NCBI GenBank assembly: GCA_021800535.1
Contig: JAJYYV010000005.1
Span: 3,607 to 67,606 of the forward strand
DNA from: a bacterium
GTDB taxonomy: Bacteria > Ratteibacteria > UBA8468 > B48-G9 > DTJG01
Direction of reading: 5' to 3'
Length of the DNA: 64,000 bases
The position numbers and the translations under genes were made by a program. Under the pieces are notes generated by a model. That model searched no databases. It saw nothing but the letters and a program-made list of their open reading frames with translations, and had not been told where the DNA came from. Shown here in pieces: positions 29,493 through 40,864 of this stretch (positions are counted from its first letter, which is position 1; each line of letters opens with the position of its first letter).

Positions 29493-32400
29493 ATGAGCTT
29501 TTATTTACCTAAAAAACAAGGGTTATATGACCCGTTTTTTGAACACGATAATTGTGGTGTCGGTTTTTTATGCAATGTAAAAGGTAAAAAAACAAATAAA
29601 CTTTTAAAGGATTCTTTAAAAGCCCTTAAAAGGTTATCCCATCGTGGGGCTACAGGAGCAGACCCAAAAACAGGAGATGGTGCTGGAGTTTTACTTCAGA
29701 TTCCTCATAAATTTTTTTTAGATGTCTGTCAAAAAAACAAAATAAATCTTCCCCCTGAACAGGAATATGGAACAGGATTAGTTTTTTTTCCTCAAAATAA
29801 ACAAGACCGACAGTTCTGCAAAGATGTTTTTTCTAAGATTATTAAAGATAACCAGCAGGAACTACTTGGTTGGAGAAGTGTGCCAGTGGATAGTTCTAAT
29901 ATTGGAGAAACCGCACAAAAAACCCAGCCGGTTATTGAACAACCCTTTATTAAAAAAAATCCGGATATAAAACAACAGGAGAATTTTGAAAGAATTTTAT
30001 ATATTATAAGAAAAGAAATAGAAAATGTTATAAGAAATTCTCAGATATCCCAAAAATCTTTTTTTTATATTACCAATATATCTTCAAAAACATTTTCTTA
30101 TAAGGGCCTTTTAATGCCATCACAACTTGATGAATTTTTTCTTGACCTTCAAAATGAAAAAATGAAAACCTCTATCTGTCTTATACATTCCCGGTATAGT
30201 ACAAATACTTTTCCTACATGGGATCTTGCTCAACCATTTAGATTTTTAGCGCATAATGGTGAAATAAATACTTTAAGAGGGAATATCAATTGGACAAAAG
30301 CAAGAGAAGGTCTTTTGAAAAGCGATTTATTTCTGAATAATATCGAAAGTATTAAACCTATAATAATTCCTGATGGAAGCGATTCTGCTTCCCTGGATAA
30401 TATTTTTGAAATGCTTACTCTTTCCGGCAGGTCTTTGCCTCATGTAATGATGATGCTTATCCCTTCTGCCTGGGAACAGGATAATTTTATTACTGATGAA
30501 ATAAAGAGCTTTTATAAGTATCATGCCTGTTTAACAGAACCATGGGATGGCCCGGCAGCAGTTGCATTTACTGATGGAAGAAGTGTAGGGGCTGTTCTTG
30601 ATAGAAATGGGTTAAGACCTGCCAGATATATAGTGACAAAACAGGATTTGGTTGTTATGGCTTCGGAAGTTGGAGTTTTGGATATACCGCCAAAAGATAT
30701 TTCTATTTCTGAAAGACTTGAACCTGGTAAGATATTCTATATTGATACACAGGAAGGGAGAATTATTGATGACCAGGAGATAAAACATAAAATGAGCAGA
30801 CAAAAACCTTATAGTTTCTGGATAAAAGAAAATCTTATAGAATTAAATAATCTGCCTGGTACAATAGAGGAAAAACAAAATGAAGGCAATAGCATAGGTA
30901 TTATCAAACATTTAAAATCTTTTGATTATACCAGAGAAGACATAAAAGTTATTATAAAACCTATGGTGGAAACAGGCGCAGAACCTACCGGTTCAATGGG
31001 TAATGATACCCCTCATGCGGTTTTATCCAAAAAACCTCAATTGTTATTTACCTATTTCAAACAATTATTTGCTCAGGTTACTAATCCGGCAATTGACCCT
31101 GTTAGAGAAGAAATTGTTATGAGCCTGGAAACATATATCGGACAGGAAAGAAATATTTTAGAGGAAACTCCTTTACATGCCAAAAAACTTAAGATTACAC
31201 AACCAATTTTATCCAATCAGGAAATTGAAAAAATTAGAAATATTAATCAAAATGATTTTAAGACAAAAACAATTTCAATGCTTTTTAATATTTCCGAGAA
31301 AAGAGGTTTGATTAATGCATTAGATAGAATTTGTGAGGAGGCCGAACAGGCAATAAAAGATAATTATACCTTTATTATTCTTTCTGATAAAAACATAAAC
31401 AAAGAATATGCTGCTTTACCTTCTCTTTTAGCCATAGGTGGAATACATCAGCATTTAATAAGAAAATCAATGAGAACCAAAATTGGAATTATTCTTGAAA
31501 CGGGTGAACCCAGAGAAGTGCATCATTTTGCCTTATTATTTGGTTATGGTGCTGATTGTATAAATTCATATTTGGTTTATGATACTTTACAATTTTTAAT
31601 TAAGCAGGAAGAAATAAATATTGATTTTTCTTCTGCACAAAAAAATTATATAAAAGCTGTTAATAAAGGATTATTAAAAATTTTATCAAAAATGGGAATT
31701 TCAACATTGCGAAGTTATAAAGGCGCCCAGATATTTGAAGCAATTGGTCTTTCCCAACAAGTTATAGAAAGATGTTTTACCGGAACTGTATCAAGAATTG
31801 ATGGAGCGGGGTTTGAGGAAATTCAACAGGAAACAATTTTAAAACATAAACAGGCATTTTCAGAAAAAGAAGGATTTATTCCTATACTTTCAACAGGAGG
31901 TTTATATCAATGGAAAAAAGATGGAGAATTTCATCTCTGGAATCCTGAAACTATATCAGCATTACAGGATGCCACAAGAAATAACGATTATAATAAGTAT
32001 AAATATTTTTCCAGAATGATAAATGAACAATCTGAAAATCCAACAACATTAAGAAGTCTTTTAAAATTTAAACAAACCTCTCCAATTTCTATTGAAGAAG
32101 TTGAGTCCATTGAAAATATTGTTAAAAGATTTGTCACAGGAGCAATGAGTTTTGGTTCAATTAGCAAGGAAGCACATGAAACTTTAGCTCTGGCAATGAA
32201 TAAAATTGGTGGTAAATCAAATTCCGGGGAAGGAGGTGAGGACCCTGTTAGATTTATTCCTTTATCAAATGGAGATTCATTAAGAAGCGCTATAAAGCAG
32301 GTGGCATCTGGAAGATTTGGTGTAACAACTAATTATCTTATCAATGCAGATGATATTCAGATTAAAATAGCCCAGGGAGCAAAACCAGGAGAGGGAGGAC

Positions 32401-34028
32401 AGCTTCCTGGTCATAAAGTTAGCACCATAATTGCAAAAACACGATATACAACTCCCGGTGTAACACTTATTTCTCCTCCGCCTCATCATGATATATATTC
32501 TATTGAGGACTTAAAACAGTTAATCTTTGACCTTAAAAATGTTAATCCTTCTGCAAGAATAAGTGTAAAATTAGTATCAGAAATAGGAGTAGGCACAATT
32601 GCTGCAGGGGTGGCAAAGGGTCATGCGGATATGATTCTTATTTCAGGTGGAGATGGCGGAACAGGTGCTTCTCCTTTAAGTTCTATAAAACATGCAGGGC
32701 TTCCATGGGAGTTAGGTCTTTCAGAAACCCATCAGACATTAGTTCTAAATGATTTACGAAGTAGGGTTATACTTCAAACAGATGGGCAGATGAGAACAGG
32801 CCGGGATATAATTATTGCTGCACTTTTAGGAGCCGAAGAATTTGGATTTGCAACAGCGGCACTTATTGTTATTGGTTGTGTAATGTTAAGACACTGTCAT
32901 TTAAATAACTGTTCTGTTGGTGTAGCAACTCAGGATGAAATTTTAAGAAAAAGATTTAGAGGAAAATCAGAGTATTTAATTAATTATTTTTATTTTATCG
33001 CCCAGGAAACCAGAGAAATTATGGCACAGTTAGGAATTAAAAAAATAGATGACTTGATTGGCAGGGTGGATTTATTGGAATTCAATAAAGAAATTTTTCC
33101 ATGGAAGGCTAAAAATTTGAATTATTCAAAGATACTCTATAAACCCGAAGTGGATAAAACCGTAAGTGTTAGATGTACAATATCTCAAAATCATGAAATT
33201 GATAATGTTTTAGATATTAAGATTATTGAATCAGCAAAAGACGCACTAGAAAAAAAACAACCTGTAAAAATAAAAATGGATATCAAAAATTTTGATAGAA
33301 CAACAGGAGCGATGTTAAGCGGTAAAGTATGTAAAATTTTTGGAGAAAATGGTCTGCCGGAAGATACTATTTTTTGTAAATTTAAAGGTTATGCAGGGCA
33401 AAGTTTTGGGGCTTTTTTGGCAAAGGGTATAACATTTGAATTAGAAGGACTTGCCAATGATTATGTGGGAAAAGGTTTATCCGGTGGGAAATTAATTATA
33501 TATCCAGATAAAAAATCAAAATATATTCCGGAAAAAAATATTATAATAGGCAATACTACATTTTATGGGGCAATTTCAGGTGAGGTATATATCAGAGGAA
33601 TTGCAGGAGAAAGATTCTGTATAAGAAATTCAGGAGTTTATGCAGTTGTTGAAGGAACAGGAGACCATGGATGTGAATATATGACAGGAGGAATTGTTGT
33701 GGTTCTTGGGCGAACTGGTAGAAATTTTGCTGCTGGAATGAGTGGGGGGATTGCTTATGTTTATAATATAGATGGAAATTTTAAAGAAAGATGTAACTTC
33801 AGTATGGTTGAATTGGAAGAATTAGACCAGCAGGATATAACAACAATACAGAATCTTCTTACAAATCATTACAAATTTACTTTGAGTTCTGTAACGGATT
33901 CTATTTTAAATAATTTTGAAAAAGAAATAAAAAAATTTATTAAGGTAATGCCTTTGGAGTATAAACAATTAATGGAAAGTAAAAAAATTGAACAAAAACT
34001 TGAACTTACTGAGGTGAGTGATGGGTGA
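29493..34028 (+). CDS. gltB: Glutamate synthase large subunit
   Basis: EHDNCGVG N-terminal Cys, HSRYSTNTFP, KQVASGRFGV, AQGAKPGEGGQLPG, CHLNNC. Confidence 0.98.
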   Translation: MSFYLPKKQGLYDPFFEHDNCGVGFLCNVKGKKTNKLLKDSLKALKRLSHRGATGADPKTGDGAGVLLQIPHKFFLDVCQKNKINLPPEQEYGTGLVFFPQNKQDRQFCKDVFSKIIKDNQQELLGWRSVPVDSSNIGETAQKTQPVIEQPFIKKNPDIKQQENFERILYIIRKEIENVIRNSQISQKSFFYITNISSKTFSYKGLLMPSQLDEFFLDLQNEKMKTSICLIHSRYSTNTFPTWDLAQPFRFLAHNGEINTLRGNINWTKAREGLLKSDLFLNNIESIKPIIIPDGSDSASLDNIFEMLTLSGRSLPHVMMMLIPSAWEQDNFITDEIKSFYKYHACLTEPWDGPAAVAFTDGRSVGAVLDRNGLRPARYIVTKQDLVVMASEVGVLDIPPKDISISERLEPGKIFYIDTQEGRIIDDQEIKHKMSRQKPYSFWIKENLIELNNLPGTIEEKQNEGNSIGIIKHLKSFDYTREDIKVIIKPMVETGAEPTGSMGNDTPHAVLSKKPQLLFTYFKQLFAQVTNPAIDPVREEIVMSLETYIGQERNILEETPLHAKKLKITQPILSNQEIEKIRNINQNDFKTKTISMLFNISEKRGLINALDRICEEAEQAIKDNYTFIILSDKNINKEYAALPSLLAIGGIHQHLIRKSMRTKIGIILETGEPREVHHFALLFGYGADCINSYLVYDTLQFLIKQEEINIDFSSAQKNYIKAVNKGLLKILSKMGISTLRSYKGAQIFEAIGLSQQVIERCFTGTVSRIDGAGFEEIQQETILKHKQAFSEKEGFIPILSTGGLYQWKKDGEFHLWNPETISALQDATRNNDYNKYKYFSRMINEQSENPTTLRSLLKFKQTSPISIEEVESIENIVKRFVTGAMSFGSISKEAHETLALAMNKIGGKSNSGEGGEDPVRFIPLSNGDSLRSAIKQVASGRFGVTTNYLINADDIQIKIAQGAKPGEGGQLPGHKVSTIIAKTRYTTPGVTLISPPPHHDIYSIEDLKQLIFDLKNVNPSARISVKLVSEIGVGTIAAGVAKGHADMILISGGDGGTGASPLSSIKHAGLPWELGLSETHQTLVLNDLRSRVILQTDGQMRTGRDIIIAALLGAEEFGFATAALIVIGCVMLRHCHLNNCSVGVATQDEILRKRFRGKSEYLINYFYFIAQETREIMAQLGIKKIDDLIGRVDLLEFNKEIFPWKAKNLNYSKILYKPEVDKTVSVRCTISQNHEIDNVLDIKIIESAKDALEKKQPVKIKMDIKNFDRTTGAMLSGKVCKIFGENGLPEDTIFCKFKGYAGQSFGAFLAKGITFELEGLANDYVGKGLSGGKLIIYPDKKSKYIPEKNIIIGNTTFYGAISGEVYIRGIAGERFCIRNSGVYAVVEGTGDHGCEYMTGGIVVVLGRTGRNFAAGMSGGIAYVYNIDGNFKERCNFSMVELEELDQQDITTIQNLLTNHYKFTLSSVTDSILNNFEKEIKKFIKVMPLEYKQLMESKKIEQKLELTEVSDG

Positions 34029-35439
34029 TCCAAAAGGATTCTTGAAAGTTAAAAGAAAACTTCTCGAATACAGACCTATTTGTGATAGAATAAAGGATTA
34101 TAATGAAGTTGTTTTGTTAAGAAGTGAGGAAGTGGCAAAACTGCAAGCCTCACGATGTATGGATTGTGGTACACCATTTTGTAATTGGGCATGCCCCTTA
34201 GGGAATTATATTCCCGAATGGAATGATTGTATATTTAAAAATCAATGGAAGACTGCTTATTATTTGCTGCAATCTACCAATAATTTTCCGGAATTTACAG
34301 GTAGATTATGTCCTGCCATGTGTGAATATGCATGTGTTCTTGGAATTAATGATGACCCTGTGACTATAAGAGAAAATGAAATTGATATTATTGAATATGC
34401 ATTTAATTCAGGTTTGGTACATCCTATGCCGCCTAAAAAAAGAACAAATAAAAAAATAGCTATAGTTGGTTCAGGTCCTTCCGGTCTTGCCTGCGCAGAT
34501 ATTTTAAATAAAATAGGCCATAATGTCATGGTTTTTGAAAAAAGTGATAAATTGGGTGGGATTTTAAGATATGGTATTCCTGATTTTAAATTAGATAAAA
34601 AAATTATTGACAGAAGATTATCTCTTCTCAAAGAAGAAGGGATGGAGTTTATTACCAATACTAATGTTGGAGTGTCTATTAAATTTTCCCAGTTAAGAAA
34701 AGAATTTGATGCAATTGCTCTTACCGGAGGATGTCGTGTCCCAAGGGATTTAAAAATTAAAGGAAGAAATTTAAAAAATATTTATTTTGCCATGTATTAT
34801 TTGATTCATTCCAATAGATATACCGGGGGAAAAGACTTACCAGATAATGTAAATGCCTGCAACAAAAATGTTGTTGTCATTGGAGGGGGGGATACAGGAG
34901 CAGATTGTGTAGGTACAGCAAACAGACAGGGGGCAAAATGTGTTGTCCAGATAGAACTTTTAAATCAGCCTTCTGAATGCAGACCTGAAAATCAACCATG
35001 GCCTTTATATCCTATGATTTTAAAAACATCCAGTAGTCATCAGGAAGGAGTTAAAAGAGAATGGGGGATTTTAACAAAAGAATTTATTGGAGACACATCT
35101 GTTAAAAAAATTTCCTGTGTCCGTGTTGATTTTTCAACAAAAGATGCAAAAGGTTGTTCTATTATGAAAGAGATTCCTGGTACGGAATTTGAAATAGATG
35201 CTGATATGGTTATTCTTGCTTTAGGTTTTATTCATCCGCAACATAATTATATTTTAGAAGAACTCCAATTACAATTAGATGAAAGAAAAAATATAAAAAC
35301 CAATAGTAATTATATGACTTCTATACCTGGAATATTTTCTGCCGGTGATATGAGAACAGGACAATCTTTAATCGTAAGATCTATTGCTGATGGTAGAATT
35401 TGTGCTTATAATATAGATAAATATTTATTAAATACTTAA
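34021..35439 (+). CDS. gltD: Glutamate synthase small subunit
   Basis: RCMDCGTPFC, NNFPEFTGRLCP, GSGPSG, GGGDTGADC. Confidence 0.97.
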   Translation: MGDPKGFLKVKRKLLEYRPICDRIKDYNEVVLLRSEEVAKLQASRCMDCGTPFCNWACPLGNYIPEWNDCIFKNQWKTAYYLLQSTNNFPEFTGRLCPAMCEYACVLGINDDPVTIRENEIDIIEYAFNSGLVHPMPPKKRTNKKIAIVGSGPSGLACADILNKIGHNVMVFEKSDKLGGILRYGIPDFKLDKKIIDRRLSLLKEEGMEFITNTNVGVSIKFSQLRKEFDAIALTGGCRVPRDLKIKGRNLKNIYFAMYYLIHSNRYTGGKDLPDNVNACNKNVVVIGGGDTGADCVGTANRQGAKCVVQIELLNQPSECRPENQPWPLYPMILKTSSSHQEGVKREWGILTKEFIGDTSVKKISCVRVDFSTKDAKGCSIMKEIPGTEFEIDADMVILALGFIHPQHNYILEELQLQLDERKNIKTNSNYMTSIPGIFSAGDMRTGQSLIVRSIADGRICAYNIDKYLLNT

Positions 35440-35495
35440 TGAAGAGTCTATAGTATAAAGTAGACACAAATACATAATTAAAAGGAGCAAATAAA

Positions 35496-36041
35496 ATGAT
35501 TACCAAAAAAGAAGCTGAAAAAGCAAAAAAGAAAGCGTATCATATGTTAAAAAAAGCAAAAATTGCCATTACCAAAAAAGAATATGAAAATATGGAGGTG
35601 GCAGATAATGGACTTGGAGACTTAAAACATATTGGATTGGAAATTATCGTTTATGAAAATAATGATAGATATTGTGCAAAAGAGTTGATTTTATTTCCAC
35701 GGCAGATATGTCCTGAACATAGACATCCTCCATTATCAGAAAATAACCCCGGGAAACAGGAAACTTTTAGATGTAGATGGGGAGAGGTTTATTTATATAT
35801 TCCTGGAGAATCTGTAAAAAAATCAAAAGCTAAAATTAAAACAAGAAAACAATATTTTACCTGCCGGCATGAGATTATACTTAAACCAGGAGACCAATAT
35901 ACTCTTTCTCCAAATACATTACATTGGTTTCAGGCAGGAGATAAGGGGGCAATAGTATCAGAATTTTCTTCTCAAAGTAATGATGAAACAGACCTGTTTA
36001 CGGACCCGGATATAAAAAGAATTACCCGGATTTCTGAATAA
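35496..36041 (+). CDS. D-lyxose/D-mannose-family sugar isomerase (cupin)
   Basis: YCAKEL, CPEHRHPP, GKQETFR, HWFQAG, SEFSS. Confidence 0.88.
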   Translation: MITKKEAEKAKKKAYHMLKKAKIAITKKEYENMEVADNGLGDLKHIGLEIIVYENNDRYCAKELILFPRQICPEHRHPPLSENNPGKQETFRCRWGEVYLYIPGESVKKSKAKIKTRKQYFTCRHEIILKPGDQYTLSPNTLHWFQAGDKGAIVSEFSSQSNDETDLFTDPDIKRITRISE

Positions 36042-36845
36042 ATGAGTAAAAATGATTCTCCAATTGCGATTTTTGATTCTGGAATGGGAGGACTTACAGT
36101 AGTAAAAGAAATCCATAAATTAATACCTGGAAAAGATATTATTTATTTGGGAGATACAGCAAGAGTTCCTTATGGGACTAAATCTTCTGATGTAATAAAA
36201 GGATATGCCAAACAGATTACACAATTTCTTTTAACATTTAATCCCCAGATTATAGTAATAGCCTGTCACACAGTATCTTCTCTGGCATTAAATTTTTTAA
36301 AAAAAAATTTTCCTCAAATACTTTTTATAGATGTTGTCAGTCCTTCAGCAAAAAAGTCTATAAACATTACCCAAAACTATAGAGTTGCAGTTATAGGAAC
36401 TCCTGCCACAATTGCAAGTGGCAAATATCAGAATCTGATTAAAACATTAAATCCAAAAATAAAAATTTTTTCTCAGGCTTGTCCTTTATTCGTTCCGCTT
36501 GTAGAAGAAGGATTAATTACAGGGGATATTCCTTATCTTATAGCCAAAAAATATCTTTCAGGATTAATAGATAAAAGAATTGATACCCTTATACTTGGTT
36601 GCACCCATTATCCTATTTTAAAAAATATTATACAAAAAGTTGTTGGAGAAGATATAAAACTTATAGATGCTTCAGAAGTTGTGGCAATAAAAGTAAAAAA
36701 TTTATTTAAAGAAAAAAATATGATAGAATATAGAAAAGAAAAAAAACCTCTTTTATATTTTACAGATATTACAAAAGACCACAAAAAAATTATAAATTTT
36801 TTCTGGAATGATTCAAAAATGATAGTTCGCCGCATAATACTTTAA
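36042..36845 (+). CDS. murI: Glutamate racemase
   Basis: FDSGMGGLTV, DTARVPYG, ACHT, LGCTHYP. Confidence 0.96.
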   Translation: MSKNDSPIAIFDSGMGGLTVVKEIHKLIPGKDIIYLGDTARVPYGTKSSDVIKGYAKQITQFLLTFNPQIIVIACHTVSSLALNFLKKNFPQILFIDVVSPSAKKSINITQNYRVAVIGTPATIASGKYQNLIKTLNPKIKIFSQACPLFVPLVEEGLITGDIPYLIAKKYLSGLIDKRIDTLILGCTHYPILKNIIQKVVGEDIKLIDASEVVAIKVKNLFKEKNMIEYRKEKKPLLYFTDITKDHKKIINFFWNDSKMIVRRIIL

Positions 36846-36850
36846 AAAAT

Positions 36851-37225
36851 ATGAATATATATGAATTAAGAGTGATTAGTGAATTTTCATCTGCTCATAA
36901 ACTTAGAGACTATCAGGGCAAATGTGAAAATCTTCATGGTCATAATTGGAAGGTGGAGGTATTTGTTGAGGCAAATACAATAGATAAAACAGGATTGGTT
37001 ATTGATTTTAAAATTTTAAAAGAAAAGATTAATAGTATTATTTCTCAATTAGACCATTGCTATATAAATAAAATAAAATATTTTCAGAAACATAATCCTA
37101 CTTCTGAAAATATAGCAGAATATATATTTAAAAAAATGACATTAGCATTAAAAGGTTATTCTTTAAAATTAAAAAAGATTACTGTATGGGAAAATGAAAA
37201 ACAGTCCGCTTCATACTTGGAATAA
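36851..37225 (+). CDS. queD: 6-carboxytetrahydropterin synthase
   Basis: SAH, KCENLHGHNW, LDH, NPTSENIA, VWE. Confidence 0.93.
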   Translation: MNIYELRVISEFSSAHKLRDYQGKCENLHGHNWKVEVFVEANTIDKTGLVIDFKILKEKINSIISQLDHCYINKIKYFQKHNPTSENIAEYIFKKMTLALKGYSLKLKKITVWENEKQSASYLE

Positions 37226-37229
37226 AAAA

Positions 37230-37691
37230 ATGAACAAAAATTTTTATATAGAAATCCATCTTAAAAAAAATTTTTTTGATGCTTTTGGAGATGATCTTAA
37301 AAAATCAATCATAGAAATGGGTATTACAGGAATAAACAATATATATGTTTCAGACATATATTTTTTACAGGGTGAAATTTCTAAAAAAGAAATGGAAAAG
37401 ATAGCAAAAAATCTTTTTTTAGATAGTATTACCCAGACATTAACAATATATACAAAGCCTCCAGAAGTTCATAACAAAAAGATTATAGAGGTATGGTATA
37501 AAAAACAGGTTTCTGACCCGGTTTCTATTACAGCTTTAAAAGGTATTAAAGATATGGGTATTAATAAAAATATTCAGATACGATGCGGTAAAAAATATCA
37601 AATTGATGCTGATATTGATAAAGATATAACAGAAACCATCTGTAAAAAATTGATTGCTAACACACTTATTCAGGATTATAGGATATCTTAA
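37230..37691 (+). CDS. purS: PurS-like (tandem PurS/PurL N-terminal) subunit
   Basis: Two PurS-like halves (V.YK..V.DP, LIANTLIQ); directly upstream of purL. Confidence 0.7.
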   Translation: MNKNFYIEIHLKKNFFDAFGDDLKKSIIEMGITGINNIYVSDIYFLQGEISKKEMEKIAKNLFLDSITQTLTIYTKPPEVHNKKIIEVWYKKQVSDPVSITALKGIKDMGINKNIQIRCGKKYQIDADIDKDITETICKKLIANTLIQDYRIS

Positions 37692-37694
37692 AAA

Positions 37695-40061
37695 ATGAAA
37701 GCAAAAGAAATAAAAATTATCAATTTGGCAGACAAAGAACTAATGGATTTAAGTAAAAAAGGACTGCTTTCTCTTAATTTAGAAGAAATGAAAACCATAC
37801 AGACCTTTTTTAAAAATTTAGAAAGAAATCCTACTGACCTTGAAATTGAAACTATTGCACAAACATGGTCGGAACATTGTTTTCATAAAACTTTTAAAAG
37901 TAAAATTTTGTATAAAGAAATTTATAATGAGGATTTCTCTACAGAAGAAATCCCTTCACTTTTTTCTCTTATAAAAAAATCAACAGAAAAAATTTCAAAA
38001 AAGTGGTGTCTGTCTGTTTTTAAAGATAATGCAGGAATAATAGAATTTGATAAAAATACAGCCATAGCTTTTAAGGTTGAAACACATAATCATCCTTCTG
38101 CTCTTGAACCTTATGGTGGCGCAGCAACAGGTATTGGCGGGGTAATAAGAGATATTTTAGGTGTTGGACTTGGAGCCAAACCCATTCTTAATACAGATGT
38201 TTTTTGTTTTGGCCCACTGGATATTTCTTTTGAAAATCTTCCTGCCGATATTTTCCATCCAAAAAGACTTTTCAGGGGGGTTGTATCAGGAGTTAGAGAT
38301 TATGGTAATAGAATGGGTATTCCTACAGGAAATGGTGCAATTATTTTTGATGAAGGATATATATACAACATTCTTGTTTACTGCGGAACACTTGGTATTA
38401 TGCCAAAAAAATATATAAATAAAAAAGTATCTGTTGGAGATTTAATAATTCTTATTGGAGGAAAAACAGGAAAAGATGGGATACATGGGGCAACGTTTTC
38501 TTCTGCCAATCTTGAAAAAAATATTCCCAATAGTGTTGTTCAGATTGGAGACCCGATTACAGAAAAAAAAATGCTGGATGCTCTTTTAATTGCAAGGGAT
38601 AAAGAATTAATCTCATCAATTACAGACTGTGGAGCAGGGGGACTTTCTTCTGCTGTGGGAGAGTTAGCACAGGATTGCGGAGCAAAAATTTTTCTTGAAA
38701 AGGTTCCACTAAAATACTATGGATTAGAACCATGGGAAATATGGCTTTCTGAATCACAGGAAAGAATGGTTCTTTCAGCCAATAAAAAGAATTTTTTAAA
38801 ACTAAAAAAAATTTTTGATAATGAAAATGTTGGCTATTCATGTATTGGAGAATTTACAAATAGCGGGAAATTAGAAATATTTCATAATAAAGATATTGTA
38901 GGTGATATAGACCTAAAGTTTCTATTTTCAGGTATTCCTGGTACTTCTTTAAGAGCAAATTTTACCTATATCCATCAGCCGGATATTTTTCCTGAAAATA
39001 TAAATTTCCAGGAGGTTCTTATTCAATTACTTTCTCATCACAATATTGCTTCCAAAGAAGCCGTTATAAGACAGTATGACCATGAAGTGCAGTCTCATAC
39101 AATTTTAAAACCTCTTGCTGGAATTGATGAATGTGGACCTCTGGATGCTATTGTTTTACGGCCTATGTATGATAGCAATAAAGGGATTGTTGTTTCATGT
39201 GGAATTAATCCATATTATGGAGAAATAGACCCTTATATGATGGCAGGTTGTTGTATAGAGGAATCTTTAAGAAATCTTGTTTCTGTTGGTGGAAATGTTG
39301 AAAAAACTGCGTTTTTGGATAATTTTTGCTGGGGAAATATAAACAATGAAAATATTTTAGGTACTCTGGTAAGATGTGTTAAAGGATGTCATGATTTTGC
39401 TATTAAATATGATATTCCTTTTATTTCAGGAAAAGATAGTTTAAATAATTACTATACAGTTGAAAAAGATACAATCTCAATACCTGGAACCCTTCTTATT
39501 TCTGCTGTAAGCATCATTGAAGATGTAAAAAAAATTGTTAGTTCAGATTTTAAAGAGCCGGATAGTTTTATATATATGCTTGGTATAACAAAGGATGAGA
39601 TGGCAGGTTCTCATCTTTATAAAGTTTTAAATATGAAAGCAGGAAATGTTCCCCAACCTAATCCGGAAATTACATTGCCTTTAATGAAAAAAATTAGATA
39701 TGCAATCAATAAAGGTATTATAAAAGCCTGTCACGATTGTTCTGAAGGTGGATTTGCTGTTGCATTAAGTGAAATGATTATTGGGGGTGGTTATGGAGCA
39801 AATGTGGATATAGAAAAATTACCAAAACAAACTGATAAAAAAATATCCTTATTGTTTTCTGAAAGTCAGGGAAGATTTATAGTGGAAATAGATAAAGATA
39901 ATTCAGACGCTTTTAAAAAAATATTTTCAGGAGCACCTTTTTATTGTATAGGAAATACAACACCTGATTTTCGGCTTAATATATTCTTTGATAAAGAAAA
40001 AATTATTGATATAGATGGTGAAAAAATAAAACAGGTATGGACAGGGGCACTTAAATGGTAA
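37695..40061 (+). CDS. purL: Phosphoribosylformylglycinamidine synthase subunit PurL
   Basis: TWSEHCFH, KVETHNHPSALEP, DCGAGGL, SESQERM, GKDS, HDCSEGG. Confidence 0.96.
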   Translation: MKAKEIKIINLADKELMDLSKKGLLSLNLEEMKTIQTFFKNLERNPTDLEIETIAQTWSEHCFHKTFKSKILYKEIYNEDFSTEEIPSLFSLIKKSTEKISKKWCLSVFKDNAGIIEFDKNTAIAFKVETHNHPSALEPYGGAATGIGGVIRDILGVGLGAKPILNTDVFCFGPLDISFENLPADIFHPKRLFRGVVSGVRDYGNRMGIPTGNGAIIFDEGYIYNILVYCGTLGIMPKKYINKKVSVGDLIILIGGKTGKDGIHGATFSSANLEKNIPNSVVQIGDPITEKKMLDALLIARDKELISSITDCGAGGLSSAVGELAQDCGAKIFLEKVPLKYYGLEPWEIWLSESQERMVLSANKKNFLKLKKIFDNENVGYSCIGEFTNSGKLEIFHNKDIVGDIDLKFLFSGIPGTSLRANFTYIHQPDIFPENINFQEVLIQLLSHHNIASKEAVIRQYDHEVQSHTILKPLAGIDECGPLDAIVLRPMYDSNKGIVVSCGINPYYGEIDPYMMAGCCIEESLRNLVSVGGNVEKTAFLDNFCWGNINNENILGTLVRCVKGCHDFAIKYDIPFISGKDSLNNYYTVEKDTISIPGTLLISAVSIIEDVKKIVSSDFKEPDSFIYMLGITKDEMAGSHLYKVLNMKAGNVPQPNPEITLPLMKKIRYAINKGIIKACHDCSEGGFAVALSEMIIGGGYGANVDIEKLPKQTDKKISLLFSESQGRFIVEIDKDNSDAFKKIFSGAPFYCIGNTTPDFRLNIFFDKEKIIDIDGEKIKQVWTGALKW

Positions 40062-40819
40062 AAGTTTTAATACTAAGAACATCAGGAACAAATTGTGATT
40101 TTGAAACAGAATGGGCTTTTAATATTTGTGGGGCAAAAGCAGAAAGAGTGCATCTTCTTTCTATTATAAATGGTAAAAAAAATATAAATAATTATGATAT
40201 TCTTGTTATCCCTGGTGGATTTTCTTATGGCGACGACCTTGGAGCAGGTAAGGTTTTTGCAAATGAAATTAAACTAAAAATATGGGAATCTATTGAGATA
40301 TTTAAAAAAAGTAAAAAACCAATTATTGGGATTTGTAATGGATTTCAGGTTCTGGTTAAGGCTGGGATTATACCATTTTGGGGAAAAAATTCTGCAAGCT
40401 TAACATGGAATAATAGCGGTAGATATGAAGACAGATGGGTTTATTTAAAAATAGAATCCAGTCTGTCCCCTTTTTTTAAAAATCTTCCGGAAATAATAAG
40501 ACTTCCTGTTGCACATGCAGAAGGTAAATTTGTGGTTAAAGATAAAATCACTCTTAATAAAATTGGAAAAAATAAGCAAATTATATTAAAATATGTAAAA
40601 CCATCAGGAGAAATATCAGGTTATCCTTATAATCCAAATGGTTCACAGGAAAATATTGCAGGGGTTTGTGATGAAAGCGGACTAATCATAGGTCTGATGC
40701 CTCATCCTGAAAGAGCTCTTCTTAGTATACATTTGCCTGATTGGACAAGACAGAAAAGGGAAAAAGTATTTGGTTATGGTTATATAATTTTAAAAAACAT
40801 GGTAGAATATGTATCTTAA
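40055..40819 (+). CDS. purQ: FGAM synthase glutaminase subunit PurQ
   Basis: GTNCD, PGGFSYGD, GICNGFQ, AHAEG, MPHPER. Confidence 0.96.
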   Translation: MVKVLILRTSGTNCDFETEWAFNICGAKAERVHLLSIINGKKNINNYDILVIPGGFSYGDDLGAGKVFANEIKLKIWESIEIFKKSKKPIIGICNGFQVLVKAGIIPFWGKNSASLTWNNSGRYEDRWVYLKIESSLSPFFKNLPEIIRLPVAHAEGKFVVKDKITLNKIGKNKQIILKYVKPSGEISGYPYNPNGSQENIAGVCDESGLIIGLMPHPERALLSIHLPDWTRQKREKVFGYGYIILKNMVEYVS

Positions 40820-40864
40820 TAATAAAATATAAACATAAATTTATGTAGCGCAGGGAGGTAAAAG